Positions 19,376 through 28,602 of a DNA stretch of 64,000 nucleotides are shown in pieces. The stretch is from Bryobacterales bacterium. Its GTDB lineage: Bacteria; Acidobacteriota; Terriglobia; Bryobacterales; UBA6623. Positions within the stretch are counted from its first letter, which is position 1; every line of letters begins with the position of its first letter. The stretch is from the NCBI GenBank assembly GCA_965242705.1, contig OZ251486.1, positions 3,151,806 through 3,215,805 on the forward strand, given 5' to 3'. Made by a program: the position numbers and the translations under genes. The notes under the pieces are model-generated. The model saw nothing but the letters and a program-made list of their open reading frames with translations. It had not been told where the DNA came from and did no database searches.

Positions 19376-21394
19376 ATGGAAAATCTCGGATACCTTGCGG
19401 TCTTGCTCGGCTTCCTCGTATCCGTCTATGCGGTCGTTGCCGCGCTGGCCGGCCGGCTGCGCAACAATGCGTTTCTGGAAGTCAGCGCGCAGCGGGCGGT
19501 GCTGAGCGCCTGGCTGCTGGTCACGGCTGCTTCCGGCATTCTGCTCCACGCCATCCTGACGGACGACTTCCGGCTCAGCTACGTCGCCTCGCGGTCGAAC
19601 GCCGACCTCGACCTGATCTACAAATTCGCCGCGTGGTGGGGCGGCCAGGAAGGTTCGCTGCTTTTCTGGAGCTGGATCGCGGCCACCTATACGTTCGTCG
19701 CGGTGCATACGGGGCGCAAGCGCCACCGCAGCATGATTTCGTACGTCACGGCAATCATGGCCGCGACGCAGGCTTTCTTTCTGGGGCTCGTCGCCTTCGA
19801 GGCGAATCCGTTTGCGGTCATCATGTCCGGCCCGCAGATTACGGCCATGCCCGACGGCAACGGATTGAATCCGCTGCTGCAGCACCCCATGATGGCCATC
19901 CATCCGCCGATGCTCTATCTGGGTTACGTCGGCTTCACGGTGCCCTTCGCCTTCGCCATGGCCTCGCTGATTACCCGCCAGCCGGGCGAGCGCTGGATTC
20001 ACACCACGCGCGTCTGGACGATGATCACCTGGCTGTTCCAGGGCATCGGCATCCTGCTCGGCGCGCGCTGGGCCTACGTCGTGCTCGGCTGGGGCGGCTA
20101 TTGGGGCTGGGACCCGGTGGAAAACGCCTCGTTGCTGCCCTGGATCACCGGAACCGCCTTTCTCCATTCGGTGATGATGCAGGAAAAGAAGGGCATGATG
20201 AAGGTCTGGAACATCGTGCTGATTTCGGCGACGTTCTTCCTCTGCATTTTCGGCACGATGATGACCCGGGGCGGGTTGGTCAGTTCCGTCCACGCTTTCG
20301 CCGAATCGGAGATCGGCATCTATTTCGTCTGGTATCTGCTGCTCGGCGTAGGCGTCACGGCGTACCTGATCCTGAGCCGCCTCGATTACCTGAAGAGCGA
20401 GGCCGAGCTCGAGTCGGTCGTCTCCCGCGAGTCGAGCTTCCTGTTCAACAACGTGATTCTGCTGGCAAGCTGCTTTGCCGTGCTGTGGGGTACGCTGTTC
20501 CCGGTCATCAGCGAATACGTTTCCGGCGACAAGATCACGGTCGGCGCGCCGTTTTTCAACAAGGTCAACGTCCCCATCGGGCTGTTCCTGCTGTTCCTGA
20601 CGGGCGTCGGACCGCTGTTCGCCTGGCGGCGGACCTCGACGGAGTCGCTGCGGCGCAATTTCCAGTGGCCGGCGCTGGCCGCGGCGGCGCTGGGCGCGGC
20701 GCTGTTCGCCGCCGGCGTGCGCCATTTCTACGCGCTGGTCTGCTTCACGCTATGCGCCTTCGTGGCGATTACCATCGTGATCGAGTTTTACCGCGGCGCC
20801 CGCGTGATTCAGGCCAGGCACGGCTTGGCTTTCGCGCCCGCGGTAGTCGATCTCACCCACCGCAACACGCGGCGGTACGGCGGATATCTGGTGCATATGG
20901 CCATCGTGCTGATGTTCATCGGTTTCGCCGGGGCGGCGTTCAACCTCGTTCAGCAGCAGGAGATGGCGGTCGGCGACTCGTTGACGGTGGGCAATTACGA
21001 GTTCACCCTGACGGGGATTACGGAAGACGACAACGCCAACTACTACAGCGCCGTCGCCGGCGTCGATGTCGGCAAGAACGGCGAGTTCCTGCAAACGATG
21101 CATCCGGAGCGGCGCTTCTACCACGCCTCGGAACAGCCGACCAGCCGCGTCGATGTGCGCTACCGGCTGCGCGAAGACGTCTATGTCGTCTATGCCGGGC
21201 AGTCGAACGACGGGAAAAACCCGATCATTCAGGTCTATATCAATCCGCTCGTGAACTGGATATGGATCGGGGCGTTTCTGCTCGTGTTCGGCACCCTGGT
21301 GGCGCTCGTTCCCAACAAGGTCAGGCGGTACGCCCGCCCGCGAACCGCCGCGGCGGCGGTCGAGGAGAAGTCCATTGCGGCAACGAATGCCTAG
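19376..21394 (+). CDS. ccmF: Cytochrome c-type biogenesis protein CcmF (heme lyase component)
   Basis: 672-aa polytopic protein with the WWD motif region WGGYWGWDPVENASLLPW. Confidence 0.93.
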   Translation: MENLGYLAVLLGFLVSVYAVVAALAGRLRNNAFLEVSAQRAVLSAWLLVTAASGILLHAILTDDFRLSYVASRSNADLDLIYKFAAWWGGQEGSLLFWSWIAATYTFVAVHTGRKRHRSMISYVTAIMAATQAFFLGLVAFEANPFAVIMSGPQITAMPDGNGLNPLLQHPMMAIHPPMLYLGYVGFTVPFAFAMASLITRQPGERWIHTTRVWTMITWLFQGIGILLGARWAYVVLGWGGYWGWDPVENASLLPWITGTAFLHSVMMQEKKGMMKVWNIVLISATFFLCIFGTMMTRGGLVSSVHAFAESEIGIYFVWYLLLGVGVTAYLILSRLDYLKSEAELESVVSRESSFLFNNVILLASCFAVLWGTLFPVISEYVSGDKITVGAPFFNKVNVPIGLFLLFLTGVGPLFAWRRTSTESLRRNFQWPALAAAALGAALFAAGVRHFYALVCFTLCAFVAITIVIEFYRGARVIQARHGLAFAPAVVDLTHRNTRRYGGYLVHMAIVLMFIGFAGAAFNLVQQQEMAVGDSLTVGNYEFTLTGITEDDNANYYSAVAGVDVGKNGEFLQTMHPERRFYHASEQPTSRVDVRYRLREDVYVVYAGQSNDGKNPIIQVYINPLVNWIWIGAFLLVFGTLVALVPNKVRRYARPRTAAAAVEEKSIAATNA

Positions 21395-21848
21395 TCTGGC
21401 GGCGGCTTTGGCGCTGCTCGCGGCCCCGGCGGCCCTGGCCGATGAAATGTACCTCAAGGTGCGCGAGATTGGCGACCGCATCGAATGCACCTGCGGGTGT
21501 TCGTCAACCATCGCGACCTGCAACATGGTCGGCTGCCACGTTCGCGTGCCGATCAACGAAGAGATCCGCGCCGGCATCGAGGCCGGGCGGCCGCAAGAGG
21601 AAATCCTGGAAGCCGTTTACGAGAAGTACGGTCAGGAGATGCGCGTCGAGCCGCGGCGCGAGGGCTTCGGCGTCGTCGGCTGGGCCATGCCCTTCGTTTC
21701 GCTTCTGGCGGGACTGGCGGCGATTCCGTTCGTCGTCCGCCGCTGGCGCCGCAACGCGCGGGAGCAGGCCGCGGCGAAATCGACGCCCGCGCGGGTCGTT
21801 GAACGCTACAGCGAAGAGATCGAGCGGCAACTCGAGGAGATGGAGTAA
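21387..21848 (+). CDS. ccmH: CcmH/NrfF-like cytochrome c biogenesis thiol-redox protein
   Basis: Signal peptide, a Cys-rich motif IECTCGCSSTIATCNMVGC, and a C-terminal TM helix. It overlaps the ccmF stop. Confidence 0.7.
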   Translation: MPSLAAALALLAAPAALADEMYLKVREIGDRIECTCGCSSTIATCNMVGCHVRVPINEEIRAGIEAGRPQEEILEAVYEKYGQEMRVEPRREGFGVVGWAMPFVSLLAGLAAIPFVVRRWRRNAREQAAAKSTPARVVERYSEEIERQLEEME

Positions 21849-21893
21849 TCCCCCCAAGGGCCGGGGCATACGCCGCCGCCCGAGCGCACCGCC

Positions 21894-22172
21894 ATGCTCA
21901 TCGCCGCCGCCGTGATTTTGATCGCCGTCGCGTTCGCCCTGCCCTTGTTCGTGCGCCCCGGCGATATCCCCGAGGATGAGCCGGTTTCGCCCACGCAGCA
22001 TCTCGACGACCGCAAGGCGGCGATTTACGCCAATCTGCGCGACCTGCTCGGCGAGTTCCAGATGGGCAAGATGTCCGCGGCCGACTACCGCGAGAGCAAG
22101 GCGGAATTGCAGAAGGAATTGGCCGGCGTGCTGGCGCGGATCGATGAGATCGGGAGGCGCGGGAATGCTTGA
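21894..22172 (+). CDS. Small membrane protein, possibly a CcmI N-terminal-like module
   Basis: 92 aa with one N-terminal TM helix (MLIAAAVILIAVAFALPLF) followed by a charged helix. The call rests on its position inside the ccm cluster and is weak. Confidence 0.45.
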   Translation: MLIAAAVILIAVAFALPLFVRPGDIPEDEPVSPTQHLDDRKAAIYANLRDLLGEFQMGKMSAADYRESKAELQKELAGVLARIDEIGRRGNA

Positions 22173-23253
22173 ATCCGCGCCGCGCCGCGGCCGCCGCCGG
22201 GGAAGACGGCCGGCGGCTCTGCTGCTGTCGGCGGCGGGTTTCCTCTGGGCGGGCGTTGCGGGCGCCGCCGTCAAGGGGACGCTGCGCAACGGAACCACCG
22301 GCGAGCCGGCCGCCGGCGCGCTGCTGACCCTCTCGACCTTCCAGCGCGGGATGCGCCCCATCGACGAAGCGGTCAGCGGGGCCGACGGCAAGTTCGAGTT
22401 CGCCAAAGAGCTTCCGCAGACGCCCGAGGAGCAGCCTTTCCTTGGCGCGGTCCGCGCCGAATTCGAGGCCGTCGGCTACACCGAGTTGATCCGCCGAGAG
22501 ACCGACCGCGAAAACCTCGACATCGTCGTGTACTCGGCCGCCGGAGAAAACCTGCCCGCGCCCGACGGCCGGATCGTCATCCTCGAGCCGGGTGAGAGCG
22601 AGATCGTGATCAACGAAAGCTATCAGTTTTTCAACGTCTCCGATCCGCCGGTGACCTACAGCAGCGGAGAGGGAACGCTGCGCTTTTTCCTGCCGCCCGA
22701 AGCCAAGGGCATCGTGCAGGTGTCCGGAACCGGGCCTGCCGGCATGCCCTTGCCCAGCACGGGGCAGCCTTCGGGGGAAGAGAACATCTACAAGGTGGAT
22801 TTTCCGCTGAAGCCCGGCGAGAACCGCGTGGACGTAATCTATCTGGTTCCCCGCGCGGACGACGCGCTGGAACTGCGCGCGCTTTACCGCGGCGTGCCGA
22901 CGCGCATTGCCGCGCCGGACGGCGTCGAAGTTGCAGGGGAGGGGCTGAAGCCCCTGGGGCGGGAGCCCGGCACGCAGGCGGCCATCTACGAAGCGCCCGA
23001 CGAGTCGCAGACAAGCCTGCGGGTGACCGGATCGGGCAGCCTGCGCCGCTCGGCGGGAGAGGCGGCGGGCGGCGGGGGCGGCGGCGAAATCGCGGTTCGG
23101 ACGGCGCCGGTCGCGGACGAGCTTCCCTGGATTGTCGGCCTGACGGCGGCCGTCTTCGGCATCGGGTTCGTTTATCTGCTGACGGCCGTCGGCGCGGCGC
23201 GCCCGCCCCGAGCGGCGCCGTCCGCGCAAAAGAAGAAGCGGCGGAAGTCATGA
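22165..23253 (+). CDS. Secreted carboxypeptidase-regulatory-like domain protein with a C-terminal TM anchor
   Basis: ATG 22165 inside track ORF 21976..23253. It has a signal peptide, then VKGTLRNGTTGEPAAGALLTL..GADGKFEF (CarboxypepD_reg-like), then a C-terminal TM helix (WIVGLTAAVFGIGFVYLL) and a basic tail. Confidence 0.55.
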   Translation: MLESAPRRGRRRGRRPAALLLSAAGFLWAGVAGAAVKGTLRNGTTGEPAAGALLTLSTFQRGMRPIDEAVSGADGKFEFAKELPQTPEEQPFLGAVRAEFEAVGYTELIRRETDRENLDIVVYSAAGENLPAPDGRIVILEPGESEIVINESYQFFNVSDPPVTYSSGEGTLRFFLPPEAKGIVQVSGTGPAGMPLPSTGQPSGEENIYKVDFPLKPGENRVDVIYLVPRADDALELRALYRGVPTRIAAPDGVEVAGEGLKPLGREPGTQAAIYEAPDESQTSLRVTGSGSLRRSAGEAAGGGGGGEIAVRTAPVADELPWIVGLTAAVFGIGFVYLLTAVGAARPPRAAPSAQKKKRRKS

Positions 23254-23948
23254 AATCACCCGCGATTCTGGCGCGCGGCGTTACCAAGTATTTCGGCGAT
23301 TTCCCGGCGCTGCGGCGCGTCGATCTGGAAGTCGCGCCCGGGCGCGTCCTGGCGCTGTTGGGACGCAACGGCGCGGGGAAAACAACGTTCCTGCGCGTGC
23401 TGGCCGGCCTGACGCCGCCCACGGACGGCGAAATCGCCTTTCCCGCAGTCGGCGCGGATTCCGCTTCGCTGCGCCGGCATATCGGCGTCGTCGGCCACGG
23501 CCCGTGGATTTACGACGACCTGACGGCGGAAGAGAATCTGCGTTTTTTCGGCTCGCTGTATGAAGTTGAAGACGTCGAACGGAAACTCGCCGAATGGATC
23601 GACAAGGTCGGCCTGAGCCGCTTTCGGCGCTCGCGGGCGGGCGAATTTTCGCGCGGCATGCGGCAGCGCTTGGCCATCGCCCGGGCGTTCCTGCACGAGC
23701 CCGCGGTGCTGCTGCTCGATGAGCCGTGGACGGCGCTGGACGACCGCGCCATGCGGCTGCTCTCGTCGCTGGCCGCCGAGGCGCGCGGCCGGGGCCGAAC
23801 CGTCGTCATCTGCTCGCACCAGCTCAGCGAAGCCCTCGCTCTCGCCGACGAGGTCGCCCTGCTCGACCGCGGACGCATTGCCTTCCGCGGGCTGAACGAT
23901 GACGCTCTGCGCAGCGCCCCCGAGAGCCTGTACGAAAGGATGGCGTGA
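23250..23948 (+). CDS. ccmA: Heme exporter ABC ATPase CcmA
   Basis: Walker A LLGRNGAGKTT, signature FSRGMRQR, and Walker B LLLDEP. It directly precedes ccmB with overlapping stop/start. Confidence 0.85.
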   Translation: MKSPAILARGVTKYFGDFPALRRVDLEVAPGRVLALLGRNGAGKTTFLRVLAGLTPPTDGEIAFPAVGADSASLRRHIGVVGHGPWIYDDLTAEENLRFFGSLYEVEDVERKLAEWIDKVGLSRFRRSRAGEFSRGMRQRLAIARAFLHEPAVLLLDEPWTALDDRAMRLLSSLAAEARGRGRTVVICSHQLSEALALADEVALLDRGRIAFRGLNDDALRSAPESLYERMA

Positions 23949-24631
23949 AACGCTTCGTCAACCAAGCCTGGACGATCGCGCGCAAAGACCTGCGCAGCGA
24001 GATGCGCAACCGCGAGGTGCTGAACGCCGCCCTTTCGTTCGCCCTGGCGGTGCTGCTGATGTTCAGTTTCGCCTTCGACCCGAACAGCGGCGCGGAGACG
24101 CGCAGCCTCGCCGGCGGCCTGCTCTGGATGGTCTATCTGTTCGCCGGCATGCTCGTGCTCAACCGCAGCTTCGCCCGCGAAAAAACCAACGAATGCCTGG
24201 AAGCGCTGGTCGCCTCGCCGGCTTCAGGCGATGCCGTCTTTCTGGGCAAGACTTTCGCCAACTGGGTGCTGATCCTCGCAGTCGAACTGATTTCCCTGCC
24301 GATCTTCGGCGTATTCTTCGATGTAAGCTGGACGCCGCATGCCGGGCCGCTGCTCGGCGTTTTCGCGCTGGGCGCCTGGGCGTTCGCCGCCGTGGGCGCG
24401 ACCTTCGGGGCGGTCACCGCCAACAACCGGCTGCGCGAATTGATGCTGCCCTTGCTGCTGTTTCCGATCTGTCTGCCCGCGCTCATTGCCTGCGTCAGCC
24501 TGACTTGGGGCATTTTCCAGCCCGAAGCGGTGGCCGAGCTCGGTGCCTGGGTGCGCCTGCTCGTCGGTTTCGACGTGATCTACAGCTTGTTGGGAATCCT
24601 GCTGCTCGACTACGTTCTGACCGCAGGATAG
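23945..24631 (+). CDS. ccmB: Heme exporter membrane protein CcmB
   Basis: 228-aa, six-TM protein with the N-terminus ..IARKDLRSEMRNREVLNAALSFALAVLLMFSFAF typical of CcmB. Confidence 0.85.
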   Translation: MKRFVNQAWTIARKDLRSEMRNREVLNAALSFALAVLLMFSFAFDPNSGAETRSLAGGLLWMVYLFAGMLVLNRSFAREKTNECLEALVASPASGDAVFLGKTFANWVLILAVELISLPIFGVFFDVSWTPHAGPLLGVFALGAWAFAAVGATFGAVTANNRLRELMLPLLLFPICLPALIACVSLTWGIFQPEAVAELGAWVRLLVGFDVIYSLLGILLLDYVLTAG

Positions 24632-24664
24632 CCGCCGCCGGTCGGCCGCGCGGCGTTTGCTACG

Positions 24665-25294
24665 ATGCAAAAAAGAGTCGAAAACCACTTGGGAACCATG
24701 TCCGAAGTCGAGAAATCCACGCCTGAACCGGCCGACCCGACAGCCGTCGAAAATCCTGAGAAAGCCGCTGCGCGCAACGGCGCGGACGGCTCGGCGGAAG
24801 CCGAAGAATCGAGCGCCGCTGGCGAATCGCCCGAGCTGGAGCAGGTCAAGGCCGAGCGCGACCAAGCCGCCGGCGAAAGAGACGAGCTGCTCGACCGCTG
24901 CCGGCGCATGCAGGCCGAGTTCGAGAACACGCGCAAGCGCCTGCGCAGGGAAAAGGAAGAGGTCGTGCAGTACGCCGCTGCCGATACGATCGAATCCCTG
25001 CTGCCCATCATGGACGATTTCGAGAGGGCCATCGAAACGGAAGGCCTCGACCCGGAAATCAGAAAAGGGCTGGAGTTGATCCGCAAAAGGCTGCTCGATG
25101 CGCTGGCGCGGGCCGGGCTGCGCGAAATCGAGCAGCACGAGCGCTTCGACCCCCATTTGCACTACGCGCTTGACCGCGCCCCGGCCGAAGAGGGGCAGGA
25201 AGACCAGACGATCCTCGAGGTTTACCAGAAGGGCTACCGCTTCAAGGATCGCCTGCTGCGGGCGTCGATGGTCAAGGTAGCGGTCAAGGAATAG
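24665..25294 (+). CDS. grpE: Nucleotide exchange factor GrpE
   Basis: ..RCRRMQAEFENTRKRLRREKEE.., C-terminal ..VYQKGYRFKDRLLRASMVKV. Located upstream of dnaJ. Confidence 0.93.
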   Translation: MQKRVENHLGTMSEVEKSTPEPADPTAVENPEKAAARNGADGSAEAEESSAAGESPELEQVKAERDQAAGERDELLDRCRRMQAEFENTRKRLRREKEEVVQYAAADTIESLLPIMDDFERAIETEGLDPEIRKGLELIRKRLLDALARAGLREIEQHERFDPHLHYALDRAPAEEGQEDQTILEVYQKGYRFKDRLLRASMVKVAVKE

Positions 25295-25318
25295 GTTTCC
25301 GTTCCGGGGGCGGCGGTC

Positions 25319-26422
25319 ATGGTGGCGAAACGCGATTACTACGAAGTGCTGGGCGTCGGCCGCGATTGCAGCGCGCAGGAGTTGAAAAGCGCCTACCGCA
25401 AGCTGGCCATGCAATACCACCCGGACCGCAACCCGGGTTCCAAAGACGCCGAAGAGAAATTCAAGGAAGCCTCCGAGGCCTACAGCGTGCTGAGCGACGC
25501 CGACAAGCGCGCCCGCTACGACCGTTTCGGACACGACGGCCTTGCCGGCGGCGGGTTTCAGCCCGGCGATTTCTCAGATTTTTCCGAAGTCTTCGGCGAT
25601 CTCTTCAGCGACTTTTTCGGCGGCGGGCGGCGGCAGCGCAACCGTCCGCGGCGCGGCTCTGACCTGCAGTACGAGCTCGAAATCGACTTCGAGGACGCGG
25701 TTTTCGGCTTCAGCACCGACATTCAGTTCCCGCGCACGGAGGCTTGCGGGCGCTGCTCCGGGGCGGGCGCCGAACCGGGCTCGGGCCGTGCGGCCTGCGG
25801 CGCGTGCGGCGGCCGCGGCCAGGTTTACTACCAGCAGGGGTTCTTTTCGGTGGGTCGGACCTGTTCCGCCTGTCAGGGGGCGGGGCAGGTCATTCGCAAC
25901 CCCTGCAAAAGCTGCAACGGCGCCGGCTCGCAGAGGAAAGAGCGCAAGCTGAAGGTCAACATCCCGCCGGGCGTTGACCACGGCGCGCGCCTGCGGCTGA
26001 GCGGCGAAGGAGAGTCCGGCCCGAACGGCGGCCCCAAGGGCGACCTGTACGTCCTGGTTCACGTGCGCGAGCACGAAGTTTTTCACCGCGAGAAGTACGA
26101 CCTGCATTGCCGGGTTCCGATCAACGTGGCGCAAGCGGCGCTGGGAGCGGAAATCGAGGCGCCTACGCTCGAAGGCGGCGAGCCGCTCAAGATCCGTCCG
26201 GGCACGGAGCCGGGGGCGCGCTACAAGCTGCGCGGGAAAGGCGTGCCGCACCTCAACAGCGGACGGCGGGGCGACCTCTACGTTCACGCGGCGGTCAGCA
26301 TCCCCAAGAAGCTCACCGCCGAGCAGCGCAAGCTGTTCGAAAAACTCGGCGAATCGCTGCCCGCGGAGAACGCGCCCGCTGACAAGAGCTTCTTCGACAA
26401 GCTGCGCGATTACTTCGAGTGA
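25319..26422 (+). CDS. dnaJ: Molecular chaperone DnaJ
   Basis: J domain ([22 protein letters not shown]), a G/F region, and four CxxCxG zinc-finger repeats. Confidence 0.97.
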   Translation: MVAKRDYYEVLGVGRDCSAQELKSAYRKLAMQYHPDRNPGSKDAEEKFKEASEAYSVLSDADKRARYDRFGHDGLAGGGFQPGDFSDFSEVFGDLFSDFFGGGRRQRNRPRRGSDLQYELEIDFEDAVFGFSTDIQFPRTEACGRCSGAGAEPGSGRAACGACGGRGQVYYQQGFFSVGRTCSACQGAGQVIRNPCKSCNGAGSQRKERKLKVNIPPGVDHGARLRLSGEGESGPNGGPKGDLYVLVHVREHEVFHREKYDLHCRVPINVAQAALGAEIEAPTLEGGEPLKIRPGTEPGARYKLRGKGVPHLNSGRRGDLYVHAAVSIPKKLTAEQRKLFEKLGESLPAENAPADKSFFDKLRDYFE

Positions 26423-26496
26423 GGCCGCGCTTCGGGCCGTCGCCGGCCGCATCAGCCAATCGGGCGCCGCGATTGCCGTAGAATAGCGCCGCGCCG

Positions 26497-26828
26497 TTAC
26501 AGGGTGACCGCGGTCTCGATGGTTTCGCCGTCATACTCGCCTTCGACGGAGATCGACACGCGGCCTTCGGGGGCGGCGGCGCGCGCGGTGACGCGGCGCA
26601 GCGCGAGGCGCGGCTCCCAGCGGTCGAGCGCCTCGGCCGTTGCGCTGTAGATAGCGGCGAGCGTTTCCGGATTCAACGGCGCATCGACCAGTTCATGCAG
26701 CCGCGAGCCGTAATCCCCGCGCATGACGCGGCTGCCCAGCGGCGTCGTCAGGATGTCGCGGATGGACTGTTCGAGATGCGCGCGCCCGCGCAGAGATCGG
26801 CCCGTTTCTCGGTCCAGGCCGGTCACTG
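26497..26828 (-). CDS. Phage baseplate protein, GPW/gp25 family
   Basis: ..TGLDRETGRSLRGRAHLEQSIRDILTTPLGSRVMRGDYGSRLHELVD.. matches the gp25/GPW pattern. I place the start at GTG 26828, overlapping the upstream stop (GTGA). The track start at 26898 looks too long. Confidence 0.75.
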
Positions 26829-27380
26829 CGTCAACTCCTCGTAGGCGGCCGGCTCGCCGGGCGGCGAGGCGTACAACTCCGACGGCAGCGGCGGGCAATC
26901 GGCCTCGGCGGCCGTTCCCAGGCGCAGGCGCTGCGTCCAGGTCAGCGACCAGAGCGCCGCGCCGCGCTCGTCGAGTTCCGTCGAATAGAGGTTGTCGGCG
27001 CGAAGCTGTTCCGCCGCGCCGATGCCGTCGGTATCCCAGCGCGCGCGGGGGATATAAACCAGCAGCGCGTCAGCCAAGTTGCGCGCGGCGGAGCCGCGGG
27101 GCAGCCCGGGCGCATTGGTCGTCACGATGTAGATCGCCAATTGCAGGTCGGCGTAAACCTGCGCGTCCGCGGCGGCGGTATGGACGCGCGGCGCGCCCAG
27201 ACAGGCAACGTAGATCGCGGGGGCGCGCACCGCGGCGCGGCGCAGTTCGGCGGCGTCGAAACGCCCGTCGCGCGGAGCGCAGACCGTCAGTTCGGGCAAC
27301 AGCCGGGACAAGGCTGAGCAGATGGCCGCGAGCAGTTCGTTCATTTCCGGCGGGGCGCCGAAACGGGCGGCGCTCATCAA
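26823..27380 (-). CDS. Mu gp37-like phage protein (DUF1834-like)
   Basis: 185 aa. The pattern ..AAICSALSRLLPELTV...IYVACLGA...LQLAIYIVT.. resembles the Mu gp37 family as I remember it. This is a moderate-confidence family call. Confidence 0.55.
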   Translation of the reverse strand: MMSAARFGAPPEMNELLAAICSALSRLLPELTVCAPRDGRFDAAELRRAAVRAPAIYVACLGAPRVHTAAADAQVYADLQLAIYIVTTNAPGLPRGSAARNLADALLVYIPRARWDTDGIGAAEQLRADNLYSTELDERGAALWSLTWTQRLRLGTAAEADCPPLPSELYASPPGEPAAYEELTQ

Positions 27381-27447
27381 CCGTTTTGGCAGCCGGCCGC
27401 CGCCGGCGCCAAGACCGAAGCGCTTCGGCAGGTCCGCCGGCGCCCGC

Positions 27448-28236
27448 TTACAGCGTCCGCGCCATCCAGCGCACCTCGCCGACCACCGCGGCGTCGGCGG
27501 GCCACGGCGCGGACGGCCAAGCGGGATGATCGCTGACCATCAGCAGACCGCCGTCGTCGGCACTACCCGCCCGCTTGACGACCAGGCCGTCGCCTGAGCG
27601 GATAGCATAGATGCGCCCGCCGCTCGGTTGACGCCGGCTGTGATCCACCAGGATCGAGCAGCCCTGGGGCAAAGTCGGCTCCATCGACTCGCCGGTTACT
27701 TCGATCACGCTGCACTGGGCCGGGTCGAGCGCATGGCGCGCCAGCCAGTCCCGTCGGAAGCCCACGTAGCCCGCTACCGCCTCGTCCATGTCCGCCGCGC
27801 CGCCGCCCGCGGCGGCGGCCAACCCGCGCACGGCGACAAGCCGCGTCCCCGGAAATTCGACAGCTTCTTCCACCGCCGCCGGCTGCGCCGCCACCCCGGC
27901 GTCCTCGAGCGCGTTTGCCGGCGGCTGCGCGGACGCCGGCAGGCGCGAGAGTATTTCGCGCAGCAAGGCGTCGGTGCGGTCGGTTTGCGCGGGCGCATCG
28001 ACGGGGGCGCCGCTTTGCGGCGGGCCGACGTCGATCTCCAGGCCGAGAGCGGCGGCCGCGGCTTCGAGCGTCGAGCTCAGCGCCGCGCGCCCGTCGAGCA
28101 GTCCGCGAACCCTGCCCATCGGAATGCCGGTCCGCGCGGCAAACGGCCGCAGCCCTTCCGTCTCCACGCGCCGGCGCACCTCTTCGCGCAGCCGTTCGAT
28201 GCCCCGCCGCGGCCGGCGATTGAACGTTTGTGTCAT
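27448..28236 (-). CDS. Phage repressor, N-terminal DNA-binding region plus C-terminal S24 (LexA/CI-like) peptidase domain
   Basis: ATG at 28236 (MTQTFNRRPRRGIERLRE..). The C-terminus reads VTGESMEPTLPQGCSILVD...IYAIRSGDGLVVKR (Ser/Lys dyad context). It is divergent from the transposase operon. Confidence 0.8.
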   Translation of the reverse strand: MTQTFNRRPRRGIERLREEVRRRVETEGLRPFAARTGIPMGRVRGLLDGRAALSSTLEAAAAALGLEIDVGPPQSGAPVDAPAQTDRTDALLREILSRLPASAQPPANALEDAGVAAQPAAVEEAVEFPGTRLVAVRGLAAAAGGGAADMDEAVAGYVGFRRDWLARHALDPAQCSVIEVTGESMEPTLPQGCSILVDHSRRQPSGGRIYAIRSGDGLVVKRAGSADDGGLLMVSDHPAWPSAPWPADAAVVGEVRWMARTL

Positions 28237-28389
28237 GGTTGACACGATTGTAGCACACTGCGGCAGGCCGGCCGCCGCCGGAATTTTTGCAGCCGAAACG
28301 CTGCATTGCTTCCACTGAAGAGCTTCGGCATTGGGCAAGGCTGCCCCTTGTTGGCAAGCTTGCTGTGTTGCGAACAGTCCGATTGTGTT

Positions 28390-28602
28390 ATGTTTAACAC
28401 AGAGCGATGCCTGACCACGCTTTGCAAAATCTTCATCCGGCGCAAGCAGCGCAGTCTTGCCGCGATTGCCCGCCTGAAAGCCGCCCGCGGCGAAATCCTC
28501 GCGCGTCTGGAGCATGGCGGCGGCGCGCGGCTTGCCGACCGCGCCGCGAGCCCGCCCGCCGCCGCCCCGCGCCCGGAGCCTCCCGCGGAGAAGAGCGCAT
28601 GA
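28390..28602 (+). CDS. Small early ORF, possible Ner/Cro-position regulator
   Basis: 70-aa ORF (MFNTERCLTTLCKIFIRRKQRSLAAIARLKAARGEILARL..). Its stop overlaps the MuA ATG (ATGA). The call rests on position only, with no recognisable HTH. Confidence 0.3.
   Translation: MFNTERCLTTLCKIFIRRKQRSLAAIARLKAARGEILARLEHGGGARLADRAASPPAAAPRPEPPAEKSA

Noticed and set aside
26423-27447. Mu-type terminal inverted repeats or att sites for the prophage: left-end candidates at 26423-26496 and 27381-27447, right-end candidate at 33277-33450.
   Set aside because: I could not find convincing inverted matches by eye. There is only a weak GCGATT(G/C)CC(G/A)T resemblance at about 26470 to the reverse complement of the 28-mer. 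The ends are left undefined.
28306-28389. N-terminal extension of the small early ORF (track 28306..28602) and the competing frame 28407..28598.
   Set aside because: The extension is Cys/Leu-rich with no SD. The 28407 frame is just the open upstream part of the MuA frame. I kept only the ATG 28390 version, at low confidence.
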